DNA from: Clostridia bacterium
Lineage (GTDB): Bacteria > Bacillota > Clostridia > Christensenellales > UBA1242
DNA: 64,000 nt
Direction of reading: 5' to 3'
Assembly (NCBI GenBank): GCA_045538455.1
Contig: JAZSRL010000006.1
Location: 48,135 to 112,134 of the forward strand
Positions 45,104 through 54,191 of this stretch are shown one piece after another; the first letter of the stretch is position 1; every line of letters begins with the position of its first letter. The translations under genes and the position numbers were made by a program. The notes beneath the pieces were generated by a model. The model was not told the origin of the DNA. It made no database searches and saw only the letters and a list, made by a program, of their open reading frames with translations.

Positions 45104-46964
45104 AACTATGCTCACGATAGCCGCCAAAATATCCAAGTTCCATAAGAAAACTACTTGGAACAGTACGACTAACTTCCCCATTTAAAAATCTAGCTCGAGC
45201 GTATGAAATGTTTAAATTGCGCATTGCGCGCGTAATGGCAACATATAACAAACGGCGTTCTTCTTCTAAAATCTCATCTTTATATTGGGACTTATAAGAT
45301 GGAAATAAACCATCTTCCATGCCAACAATATAAACATTTTTAAACTCCAAACCTTTCGCACTGTGAATTGTTGAGATAACTACATGATCAGTAACATTTG
45401 GATCTTCACCTCCTGCCAGAGTCACGCTTTGTAAATAACTACTTAAATCAGCATTTGGGTTAACTGAGGCATATTCACGGATTGATTCGCACAATTGGTA
45501 AATGTTTTCCAAACGACTTTCGCTGTCATCTTTTTCATTTTCGTAATGAGTTTGCAAACCGGTAACATCGACTAAATCATCAGCTAAAGCAATCAAACCT
45601 TGCTTTAATAAACCTTGCAATTTTCGTATGATATTGCCAAAAATTTGAACCGCTTTTATCGTTTTAGCAGGTATTCCTGTATCATAAATTTCAATTTGAT
45701 CCACAACTTGATACGCAGTTAAATTATGTTCCCGCGCATATGCTTTAATTTTTGCATGGCAAGCTTCACCGATGCCTCGTTTAGGGAAATTTATAACATT
45801 AAATAATGCAACTTCATCATTCGGGTTAACCAAAAGACGCAAATAATCCAAAACAATTTTAACTTCGGCGCGTTCGTAGAATTTAAAACCACCCCAAACC
45901 ACATAAGGAATATTATACATACGCAATGCTTCTTCAAAGCGGCGTGATAAGGCATTAATACGCATCAGAATTGCACAATCAGACCAAGATCCACCATTAC
46001 GCCTTCGTTCCAAAATATGACTTATAATACCCTGTGCTTCTTGTTTATCATCGTAGTAGTCTTCATAATTTATTAAACCATCGCTAATATTACTAAATAA
46101 TTTTTTATCGATACGATTATTATTTTTAGACACTAAATCACTTGCTAACTTCACTATATTCCCCGAACTACGAAAATTCTCTTCCAAACGATAAATCCGA
46201 GCTTCTGGGAAATCGGTACGAAAACGATTAATGTTTTCAACACTAGCACCGCGCCAAGAATAAATACATTGATCTTCATCACCAACAACCATTATATTAC
46301 GGTGTTTTTGAGCTAAAATAGAAACAATTTCATATTGTATTTCGTTAGTATCTTGAAACTCATCGACCAAAATATATTGAAAATAAGCTTTTAGTTTATC
46401 ACAGATTTCTGTATTGTTTTTTAACAATTCCAAAGTTTCTAAAAGCAAATCATCAAAATCATAAGCGTTATTCTTGCGCAATTGCTCACGGTAAGCATTA
46501 AAAATTTTTACCAAAGGATCATGAAAAGAAGTAAATTCAACAATGCCTTTATTTTTCCAATTTGAGAGACCGCTTACTGCAGCTTTATATAATTCACCAT
46601 CGACTTCGTGGTATAGTTCTTTAATAATTTCTTTAAGGACTTTGTTGGTATCGGCAGTTGCATAAATAGAAAAATTCGGCTTGCCGCTGTGCTTACGCAA
46701 CAAACGCACACAAAAACTATGGAAAGTTCCAATAAATGTATTAAACGGACGCCCTAACATTTTTTCAACACGCTCGCGCATTTCATTACCGGCTTTGTTC
46801 GTAAAAGTTAAAGCAATGATTGATTTTTCAGGTATCCCGCTTTGTAGTAAGTGTAATAAACGACTAGTTAAAACACGAGTTTTCCCAGACCCAGCACCTG
46901 CAGTTACTAACATTGCACCTAAAGGAGCATTAACTATTTCAGATTGGGTTGTCGTTAAAGCCAT
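45093..46964 (-). CDS. pcrA: UvrD/PcrA-family ATP-dependent DNA helicase (short C-terminus)
   Basis: 623 aa. Motif I AGAGSGKTRVLTSR, motif II ILVDEFQDTN, motif V/VI STIHSAKGLEF and LLYVAITRA. Ends about 45 aa after motif VI. Confidence 0.85.
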   Translation of the reverse strand: MALTTTQSEIVNAPLGAMLVTAGAGSGKTRVLTSRLLHLLQSGIPEKSIIALTFTNKAGNEMRERVEKMLGRPFNTFIGTFHSFCVRLLRKHSGKPNFSIYATADTNKVLKEIIKELYHEVDGELYKAAVSGLSNWKNKGIVEFTSFHDPLVKIFNAYREQLRKNNAYDFDDLLLETLELLKNNTEICDKLKAYFQYILVDEFQDTNEIQYEIVSILAQKHRNIMVVGDEDQCIYSWRGASVENINRFRTDFPEARIYRLEENFRSSGNIVKLASDLVSKNNNRIDKKLFSNISDGLINYEDYYDDKQEAQGIISHILERRRNGGSWSDCAILMRINALSRRFEEALRMYNIPYVVWGGFKFYERAEVKIVLDYLRLLVNPNDEVALFNVINFPKRGIGEACHAKIKAYAREHNLTAYQVVDQIEIYDTGIPAKTIKAVQIFGNIIRKLQGLLKQGLIALADDLVDVTGLQTHYENEKDDSESRLENIYQLCESIREYASVNPNADLSSYLQSVTLAGGEDPNVTDHVVISTIHSAKGLEFKNVYIVGMEDGLFPSYKSQYKDEILEEERRLLYVAITRAMRNLNISYARARFLNGEVSRTVPSSFLMELGYFGGYREHSFNW

Positions 46965-46976
46965 AATTTTATTATA

Positions 46977-47387
46977 CTACATTGACATGGTTTGACAATT
47001 AAACTGTTGCTCTTTTTCATAGCGCTCACGATATTCTTGCAATTTACTACTTAAACCAAAAATATAACGCTGGCGCGCACCGTCATCCATGGTTTTCATT
47101 AATTCACGATCCATTAAAGATGCTAACGCAGTTTCTCCATTACCAGCCATAAAAATAGATTTAATGCGTGTATATTCCACCTCTTCGGCTGGATTAATAA
47201 CCGCTGCCAATTGTTGCTTAGTGTGATCTACTAAAAATTTTTTAGCAGCACCCGTATCTGCTCCTTGATTTTTCAAAATAGTTAATGTTGTTTTACGGCG
47301 CAACTTTTCTTCTTGCCAAAAACCTGAAGATAATCTTTTAATGGCCATACGGGCCATTATTTTTAATTCTGAACCTTTTGAACTCAT
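46977..47387 (-). CDS. hypothetical protein
   Basis: Trimmed to the ATG at 47387, which is preceded by a GGGGG SD. 136 aa, helical. No family recognised. Confidence 0.55.
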   Translation of the reverse strand: MSSKGSELKIMARMAIKRLSSGFWQEEKLRRKTTLTILKNQGADTGAAKKFLVDHTKQQLAAVINPAEEVEYTRIKSIFMAGNGETALASLMDRELMKTMDDGARQRYIFGLSSKLQEYRERYEKEQQFNCQTMSM

Positions 47388-47501
47388 TTTTCCCCCAATA
47401 AAAAATGCTTTGGTTTTTCGTAGATATATATTAATCATAAAAAAAGTGTATTTATTTGTCTAATTAAATCGTTCAACAAATTTCGACAAATATTAGACAA
47501 C

Positions 47502-47530
47502 AAAAAGCGACATGAAGATTTCGATGTCGC
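47502..47530 (-). terminator. rho-independent terminator after the 22-codon ORF
   Basis: Minus-strand hairpin GCGACAT-cgaaatcttc-ATGTCGC followed by TTTTT. Confidence 0.65.
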
Positions 47531-47556
47531 GATTTGTTCTGTGTGGCTTTTAGCGA

Positions 47557-47625
47557 TTATTCAGCCTTTGTTGAACTTGATTTTTTACAACGACCAGTTT
47601 TACAATTTTTAGCTGTTTTTGCCAT
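47557..47625 (-). CDS. putative 22-aa basic micropeptide MAKTAKNCKTGRCKKSSSTKAE
   Basis: Below the ORF-track size cutoff. ATG at 47625 is preceded by AAGGAGGTG with a 4 nt spacer. TAA at 47557-47559. A terminator lies 27 nt downstream. Located between alaS and the next gene. Confidence 0.5.
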   Translation of the reverse strand: MAKTAKNCKTGRCKKSSSTKAE

Positions 47626-47699
47626 TGTCCACCTCCTTCGTTCGAATATTTTTCTTTCGAACTAAAAATATTTTGTGCAGGACAAAAATTTTTATACAA

Positions 47700-49466
47700 T
47701 TATTTTTTTATCACGGCTTTAATACGGCGAATTCCAGCACTGCTACTTTCTTCTTTTTTAATTTTAAAACTGACTAAGTCTCCAGTGTTACTAGCATGTG
47801 GACCACCGCAGATTTCCGTTGAAACATCACCGATACTATAAACTTTAACGCGTTCACCATATTTATTTGCAAATGAACCTTCGGCGCCAATTTCACGAGC
47901 TTCAGTCAAAGACATTTCCTTATATGTTACTGGTATTTGTTTTTGAATTGCATCATTTACAAAGTTTTCCAAGAATACAATTTCGTCCGCAGTTAATTTA
48001 TGATCACAATTAAAGTCAAAACGCAAACGCTCTGGTGTAATGTTGCTTCCTTTTTGTACAACTCCTTTACCAAGTAATTTTTTCAAGCCTGCTAACAATA
48101 AATGCGTTGCGGTATGCAAATAAGCGGTTTCTTCACTGGTATCAGCTAATCCACCTTTGAATGTGCCTGCCGATGCAGTATGACTTAATTCGCTGTGTTT
48201 TGTTTTTGCTATCTCAAACTCTTCCATGTTAACAGTCAATCCATGTTCTGTTGCCAATTCTTGTGTTAATTCAATTGGAAAACCGTAAGTTTCATACAAA
48301 CGGAAGGCAGTTTTACCAGACAATGTTTTATCTTTCAAGTACGGTAATATTTTATTAAATTCACGGATACCTTGCTCAATCGTTTTAGAAAATTTATCTA
48401 CTTCATCTAAATAATTCTTCGTAACATTTTCATCAATTTGGTAAATACCTTGGAAAAATTCGCGATAGAATTGAATAATTTTCACATAAACATCACGCGA
48501 ACATTCTAATTTATTTGCCATACGCACAGCTCGACGGATTAAACGGCGTAAAACATAACCTTGACCTGTAGCTGACGGCAAAACACCATCGCTTAAAATC
48601 ATGGTAGCAGCTCGTGTGTGTTCGACTAAAACACGGAAAGCCTTCAAATTTTCAGCATAAGATTTTTGACAATCGGCAGCAACAATTTGAATTGCTGGTG
48701 CAAAAATTTCGCTTTCATAAACCGTTTGATAACCGTTAACAAAACAAAGTAACCGCTCTAACCCCATACCAGTATCGACATTTCGTTGTTTAGCTGGGAC
48801 TGCCTCGCCATCTTTTTGATGAATTACATATTGCATATAAACATCGTTGCCAATTTCCACATATTTACCACAATCACAACTTGGATTACAGTTAGGCGAA
48901 CACGCCTGCTTGCCCGTATCAAAGAACATTTCACTATCCGGACCACAAGGGCCAGTGCCTGTAGCAAGTTGCCACCAGTTTTCACTTTTAGGCAAATAAA
49001 AAATGCGTTCTTCCGGAATACCTACTTGTTTCCAATATTCAACAACTTCAGTATCGCGTGGTGCCACTTCATCACCAGCGAAAGCCGTTACAGCGATACG
49101 GTTTTTATCCAAGCCTAAATATTTAGGATTTGTTAAAAAATCATAAGACCAAGCAACTTTTTCTTTTTTGAAATAATCCCCCAAAGACCAATTCCCCATC
49201 ATTTCGAAGAAAGTTAAGTGACTATTATCACCAACTTCATCAATATCACCAGTGCGTACGCATTTTTGGATATCGCATAAGCGGTTGCCTGCAGGGTGTT
49301 TTTCACCTAACAAAAAAGGCACCAACGGTTGCATGCCGGCGGTAGTAAATAAAACACTGCCATCATTTTCAGGAACCAAAGACCCTGAAGGAATAATTTG
49401 GTGTTCATGTGATTGATAGAAATCAAACCACATCTTTCGCAATTCTTGATATGTAATTTTACGCAT
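47700..49466 (-). CDS. alaS: alanine--tRNA ligase, short form lacking the C-Ala domain
   Basis: 588 aa. Class II catalytic core (FTTAGMQPLVPF, FFEMMGNWSLGDYFK, DTGMGLERL). tRNA-recognition helices. Editing core with HTATHLL and CGGPHASNTGD. The protein ends right after the editing domain. Confidence 0.88.
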   Translation of the reverse strand: MRKITYQELRKMWFDFYQSHEHQIIPSGSLVPENDGSVLFTTAGMQPLVPFLLGEKHPAGNRLCDIQKCVRTGDIDEVGDNSHLTFFEMMGNWSLGDYFKKEKVAWSYDFLTNPKYLGLDKNRIAVTAFAGDEVAPRDTEVVEYWKQVGIPEERIFYLPKSENWWQLATGTGPCGPDSEMFFDTGKQACSPNCNPSCDCGKYVEIGNDVYMQYVIHQKDGEAVPAKQRNVDTGMGLERLLCFVNGYQTVYESEIFAPAIQIVAADCQKSYAENLKAFRVLVEHTRAATMILSDGVLPSATGQGYVLRRLIRRAVRMANKLECSRDVYVKIIQFYREFFQGIYQIDENVTKNYLDEVDKFSKTIEQGIREFNKILPYLKDKTLSGKTAFRLYETYGFPIELTQELATEHGLTVNMEEFEIAKTKHSELSHTASAGTFKGGLADTSEETAYLHTATHLLLAGLKKLLGKGVVQKGSNITPERLRFDFNCDHKLTADEIVFLENFVNDAIQKQIPVTYKEMSLTEAREIGAEGSFANKYGERVKVYSIGDVSTEICGGPHASNTGDLVSFKIKKEESSSAGIRRIKAVIKK

Positions 49467-49480
49467 AATGCATTATTATA

Positions 49481-50569
49481 TCACAAATCGCCAATTGTGT
49501 CTTCATATTTATCACTTTTTTTGCCATCAATATAATCCGAAAGCCCAGTCTTGCTTAACAATTCTTGGATAAAACTATTTTTCATATTTTCTTCTTCATC
49601 AATTTCGCGTTCCGTTCTTGCGGTTTCTAAATCTAGATCTTCTTTTGTTGGAACTGTTAAATTTAATTTGCGAGCAATATCATCAACCAAAGATGATGAT
49701 TCTTCGGATTCTACAACTTCTGGCTGTTCCTCCACCTCAACTGGTTTTGGTGCATTTGGAGTGGAACGCTCTAAAATTGTTCGGCGCGGTAATACAGGGG
49801 GCACTGCTCCTTCATCAAAAATTGATAATCGAGATTCATTAGTTGTTTCTTGTACTGTTTGTGGAATTGTTTCTGTTTGTTCTTCATTATTAACAGATAT
49901 CGTTGAAACAGTCTTTTCAATGTTTTCGATCGGAGAAATTGTTGATGGATTATTACGGATTTTTCCATAACTTGATTGTTCTACATTAAAATCATATTGC
50001 GAATAAAGTTTAAAAGTCTGTGAAACAAATTTGTTTTTACAGTCAAATGCTTCGTGTTCAATTGTCGCAGTATTAACACCCAAGGCAGTTATTTTTTCAA
50101 AGAACTCAGCTAAATCACACGGATAACACCAGACAAAAAGCATATCAATTTTTTGTCGATTGTTATCGGCACATTCGTAAGCATCAATTAACAAGCGAGA
50201 ATCAAGACAGTTAGTGCCAGCTTGCTTAAATTTCATTTTGCCAATGGTGGTCATATTATATTCTGTTGCAATATCACGAATACCTGGTAAGGTTTCGTCG
50301 CTAAAACCATACAAGCGACACTGTTCAATTTGATACTTACCATTTACATAAAATAAAATTTCTAATAAATTTTCGCGAGTAATACCGACATTGTCAACAT
50401 CAATAAACAGCGCAATGCGAGGCTTCGATGATGTTGATTTTCTAGTAGAACGCGCTTTTGGGGTTTTAGACTCTCCAGACACAATTGAGCCAGTCGTACT
50501 AGACCTAGCCGTTGTAGTTCTTTTACTAGTTGAAGTTTTTTTATAACCTTCGTAAACTTTATTTTCCAT
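49481..50569 (-). CDS. NYN (LabA-like/PIN-like) domain protein with disordered flanks
   Basis: Start taken at the ATG at 50569 (MENKVYEGY, GGGGG SD); GTG at 50584 is an alternative. S/T/K-rich N-terminus. Core RIALFIDVDNVGI...CLDSRLLIDAYE...DMLFVW resembles the NYN/LabA pattern. Acidic C-terminal half. Confidence 0.55.
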   Translation of the reverse strand: MENKVYEGYKKTSTSKRTTTARSSTTGSIVSGESKTPKARSTRKSTSSKPRIALFIDVDNVGITRENLLEILFYVNGKYQIEQCRLYGFSDETLPGIRDIATEYNMTTIGKMKFKQAGTNCLDSRLLIDAYECADNNRQKIDMLFVWCYPCDLAEFFEKITALGVNTATIEHEAFDCKNKFVSQTFKLYSQYDFNVEQSSYGKIRNNPSTISPIENIEKTVSTISVNNEEQTETIPQTVQETTNESRLSIFDEGAVPPVLPRRTILERSTPNAPKPVEVEEQPEVVESEESSSLVDDIARKLNLTVPTKEDLDLETARTEREIDEEENMKNSFIQELLSKTGLSDYIDGKKSDKYEDTIGDL

Positions 50570-50611
50570 AGGCCCCCAAAACACTATAAAATAAATTTAT
50601 ACAATTGACAA

Positions 50612-51550
50612 TTATTTTATGTTTAGTACACCAGCTGCCGCAATCATAGCCGCATTATCTCCACATAAAGATGGATTAGGTAAATACAAGTCCACCCCTA
50701 AGTTTTTACACATTTCACTAAACTGTTCACGCAAATATTGATTAGCCGAAACGCCACCACAAATTCCCAAAGTTTTTATTTTTGTTTTTTCAAGAAATTC
50801 TTTGGTTTTGCTAATTAATTGATTGATTGCACAATATTGAAAATTGGCACAAATTTCAGACATATTAATACTATTGCCTTTTTGTTTTTCACGGTTTATA
50901 AAGTTAAGAACTGCCGTCTTTAATCCAGAATAAGAAAAACAATCTTTGGGAAACTTATTTAAAATCGGTGTAAAAGGCAAAGACATATCGGCTGTTTGTG
51001 CTACTTTGGGGCCACCTGGATACTGCAATCCTAAAACACGCGCAACTTTATCAAAAGCTTCACCCACTGCATCATCTGCTGTTGTACACAATATTTTAGT
51101 TTCCCAATTATTGTTTACTTGATACAAAATTGTATGTCCACCAGAAACAAGTAGACACAAAAAAGGTGGTTTGAGTTTTGAATTTGACAAACGCAAACTT
51201 GACATATGTCCATGCAAATGATTAACCGGTATAAAAGGAATATTTAAAGCATTCGCCAAACTTTTACCAAAAACACGCCCAACCATAACAGCACCTGGCA
51301 AACCCGGTTTTGTTGTTGCTGCAACTTGATCGATTTGTTCAATTGTAATATTTGCTTTTTTTAATGCTTCATCTAAAACAGGTAAAATGTTTTCAATGTG
51401 GTTACGCGCTGCTATTTCAGGGACAACACCACCAAAAGCTTTATGTATATCGATTTGCGAAATAATTACATTAGATAAAATATTGAACTTATCATCAATC
51501 ACAGCAACACTGGTTTCGTCACAAGAAGTTTCTATCCCCAAAGTCAACAT
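50612..51550 (-). CDS. tsaD: tRNA N6-adenosine threonylcarbamoyltransferase TsaD
   Basis: 312 aa. LGIETSCDETSVAV, GGVVPEIAARNH, metal-binding VNHLHGH, and GGVSAN near the C-terminus. Confidence 0.9.
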   Translation of the reverse strand: MLTLGIETSCDETSVAVIDDKFNILSNVIISQIDIHKAFGGVVPEIAARNHIENILPVLDEALKKANITIEQIDQVAATTKPGLPGAVMVGRVFGKSLANALNIPFIPVNHLHGHMSSLRLSNSKLKPPFLCLLVSGGHTILYQVNNNWETKILCTTADDAVGEAFDKVARVLGLQYPGGPKVAQTADMSLPFTPILNKFPKDCFSYSGLKTAVLNFINREKQKGNSINMSEICANFQYCAINQLISKTKEFLEKTKIKTLGICGGVSANQYLREQFSEMCKNLGVDLYLPNPSLCGDNAAMIAAAGVLNIK

Positions 51551-51551
51551 T

Positions 51552-52604
51552 TTATTGATTTTCCTCTGTGTTTTGTAATAAGAACGCGTCCGAAAAAATC
51601 TTCAAATCGCCGTCCATAACTTTTTCTACATTCGATGTCTCAGCACCTGTTCGATGATCTTTAACCATTGTATAAGGACAGAATACATAACTGCGAATTT
51701 GGCTGCCCCATTCAATTTTCATTTGAACAGGTTGTAAGTTTTTTAATTTACGGCGTTCATTTTCAAAGTGTATGTATTCCAATTTCGATAAAAGGTTTTG
51801 CATACAAGTTTGACGATTTTGAATTTGACTACGACCATTTTGACAAGTACAAACAATGCCAGTGGGTATGTGAGTAATACGAACAGCACTTTCGGTTTTG
51901 TTAATGTGTTGTCCACCGGCGCCAGATGCACGATAAACATCAATGCGTAAATCTTTTTCATCAACTTTGTATTCCGTTTTTTCAATCTGTGGAATAACCT
52001 CAACAGCCACGAAACTTGTATGTCGGCGTTTGTTTGCATCAAAAGGACTAATGCGTACTAAGCGATGAACCCCAGCTTCACTCTTAAAAATTCCATAAGC
52101 ATTTACACCACTAATAAGAACGGAAGCACCTTTTATACCAGCGCCATCACCTTCTTCAATATCAGTAATTTCATAATTAAAATTTTGTTGTTCAGCAAAA
52201 CGACACATCATGCGCATAACCATTTCTGCCCAATCCTGAGCCTCGGTTCCGCCAGCACCAGCCGTAACATTTAATACACAATTACAACCATCGTATTTTC
52301 CAACTAACAAAGTTTTGACATAGAAATCATCGAACTGTTTTTTCACACGCGCATACTCATCAGTTAGCTCATTTTCCGAGCAGACAGTTGTCAATTCTAA
52401 AAAATCGTTTAAGTCATTGTTAACTAAATCAAATTCGGCCACAAATTCTTGTAACGATTTAATCCTTTTATTTTGCTCAACATTGTTCCAATCTTCTTCT
52501 TGTTTCTTTAACAAAGTTTGCAATTCTTCACGCTTGGTTTCAACCAATTCATTAATTGCTTCAAGTTTACTTTTTGCTTTTTGAATAACAGTATAATCTA
52601 ACAT
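51552..52604 (-). CDS. prfB: peptide chain release factor 2 (single uninterrupted ORF)
   Basis: 350 aa. SPF tripeptide (RISPFDANKRRHTSF) and GGQ motif (SGAGGQHINKTESAVRITHIPTG). No in-frame TGA or CTTTGAC frameshift site near the 5' end. Confidence 0.92.
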   Translation of the reverse strand: MLDYTVIQKAKSKLEAINELVETKREELQTLLKKQEEDWNNVEQNKRIKSLQEFVAEFDLVNNDLNDFLELTTVCSENELTDEYARVKKQFDDFYVKTLLVGKYDGCNCVLNVTAGAGGTEAQDWAEMVMRMMCRFAEQQNFNYEITDIEEGDGAGIKGASVLISGVNAYGIFKSEAGVHRLVRISPFDANKRRHTSFVAVEVIPQIEKTEYKVDEKDLRIDVYRASGAGGQHINKTESAVRITHIPTGIVCTCQNGRSQIQNRQTCMQNLLSKLEYIHFENERRKLKNLQPVQMKIEWGSQIRSYVFCPYTMVKDHRTGAETSNVEKVMDGDLKIFSDAFLLQNTEENQ

Positions 52605-52611
52605 AACCCCA

Positions 52612-53004
52612 TCACTTTTTTTCGTTTAATTTGGCCTTAGCCAATTTTTTATAATAATCATCGAAAGCGTCCCCAACTAATGATTGCGCCAAAACTGCCA
52701 TATATAATTTATCCTCTGGCAGGCCCGGTAAAGCGGATACGATATCATCACTTTTAATTGTCAATGCCGTTTCAATTGAAGCATTGGTTAAAAATTCGCA
52801 TAAAATATCGCAGGCTACTAAAACAAAAACGCCACCAAGAGCTTTAAATTTTGCTTCGGTAATAACACCATTGTCGATACGCAAATAAAGTTTCATAAGA
52901 CTTCCAGTTGCAATACTGCCAACTTGCCCAACAGCATCAGCGCCAGTTACGATCCCCGCATACTCTAAGTTTTTTAAACGCTCTAAAATCGTTGCATCAT
53001 ACAT
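52612..53004 (-). CDS. IscU/NifU N-terminal-domain homolog lacking all cluster-ligand cysteines
   Basis: 130 aa. Aligns without gaps to U-type scaffolds, but VCGD becomes ATGS, FGC becomes LGG and MHCS becomes LYMA. 1-nt overlap with nifS upstream. Confidence 0.7.
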   Translation of the reverse strand: MYDATILERLKNLEYAGIVTGADAVGQVGSIATGSLMKLYLRIDNGVITEAKFKALGGVFVLVACDILCEFLTNASIETALTIKSDDIVSALPGLPEDKLYMAVLAQSLVGDAFDDYYKKLAKAKLNEKK

Positions 53005-54182
53005 TAATCTGCCACCTCCGTTTTCACACTTACAGGACTAATAGACCGCAAGCGTTTAATCACATCTACCAAGACTTCGATTGTATAATCTAAGTCTTCC
53101 TTTGTTGTTGCACGCCCTAATGTAAAACGCACAGCACCATTAATGTAATCATCACTAACATTCATTTCTTGCAAAACATAACTGCGTGTTAATTTTTCAC
53201 TACATGATGCAGCACCCGTAGATACGCGAATACCATAAGCATCTAGCATAGCAGCAACACTTTCACCACTAACACTTTGGAAAGAAAAGTTAATGTTATT
53301 GTTCAAACGCTGATTACGGTGACCATTTAATTTAACACCCGTAATTCTGCGTTCAACTTCTTGAATAAAGTAATCGCGCATTTTCTTCATGCGAGTGTTA
53401 TTCGTATTTCCATCACGCATACAGATTTCCACTGCTTTTCCTAAACCAACAATTGCAGGTAAATTATATGCACCAGCTCGCATTCCTTTTTCTTGTGAGC
53501 CACCATGAATTAAATTATCAATACGAGTACCTCGTTTAATGTATAAAGCACCAACACCTTTTGGTCCGTAGATTTTATGACCAGACAAAGAAAGTGCAGT
53601 AACATTCATTTCTTTTACATCAATGTTAACACTTTCTAAAGCTTGCGTTGCGTCTGTGTGGAAATAAACATTGTTTTGACTACAAATATTTGCAATTGTA
53701 TTAATATATTGAACGGTGCCAACTTCACTATTAGCCGTCATAACAGAAACCAAACAGGTAGGTTTTGATAATTTTGACAGGAGATCAGGTATTGATATAA
53801 CACCATTTTCATCAACCTTAATGTACTCAACTTCTACACCATTAGCGGCTAACCAACGAGCTGGCTCAATAATACTTGGATGCTCGATAGCACTAATCAA
53901 AACACGCTTAATTGGCGAAGCGGCGACAACTCCTTTTAAAATCCAGTTATTTGCTTCGGTTGCACCAGAAGTGAAATAAATTTCATCTGGGTCCGCATTA
54001 ATAATTTTAGCTATAGTAACACGCGCTTCTTCAACAGCCTTACGAGCTTTATAACCGATTTGATGAAGTGAATTTGAATTTCCGTAATTTGTAATAAAAT
54101 ACGGTTGCATTGCAAAAAAGACTTCACCATTACAGTATGTCGAAGCAGCATTATCTAAATAAACTTCTCTCTCTACTGACAT
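53004..54182 (-). CDS. nifS: cysteine desulfurase (NifS/IscS, class V aminotransferase)
   Basis: 392 aa. YLDNAAST, PLP lysine LSGHKIYGPKGVGALY, active-site Cys loop STGAASCSE. Confidence 0.88.
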   Translation of the reverse strand: MSVEREVYLDNAASTYCNGEVFFAMQPYFITNYGNSNSLHQIGYKARKAVEEARVTIAKIINADPDEIYFTSGATEANNWILKGVVAASPIKRVLISAIEHPSIIEPARWLAANGVEVEYIKVDENGVISIPDLLSKLSKPTCLVSVMTANSEVGTVQYINTIANICSQNNVYFHTDATQALESVNIDVKEMNVTALSLSGHKIYGPKGVGALYIKRGTRIDNLIHGGSQEKGMRAGAYNLPAIVGLGKAVEICMRDGNTNNTRMKKMRDYFIQEVERRITGVKLNGHRNQRLNNNINFSFQSVSGESVAAMLDAYGIRVSTGAASCSEKLTRSYVLQEMNVSDDYINGAVRFTLGRATTKEDLDYTIEVLVDVIKRLRSISPVSVKTEVAD

Positions 54183-54191
54183 ATAGTTATT

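Noticed and set aside
52500-52604. Programmed +1 frameshift site expected near the start of prfB.
   Set aside because: RF2 is encoded as one uninterrupted 350-codon ORF. There is no in-frame TGA or CTTTGAC motif in the first 35 or so codons.
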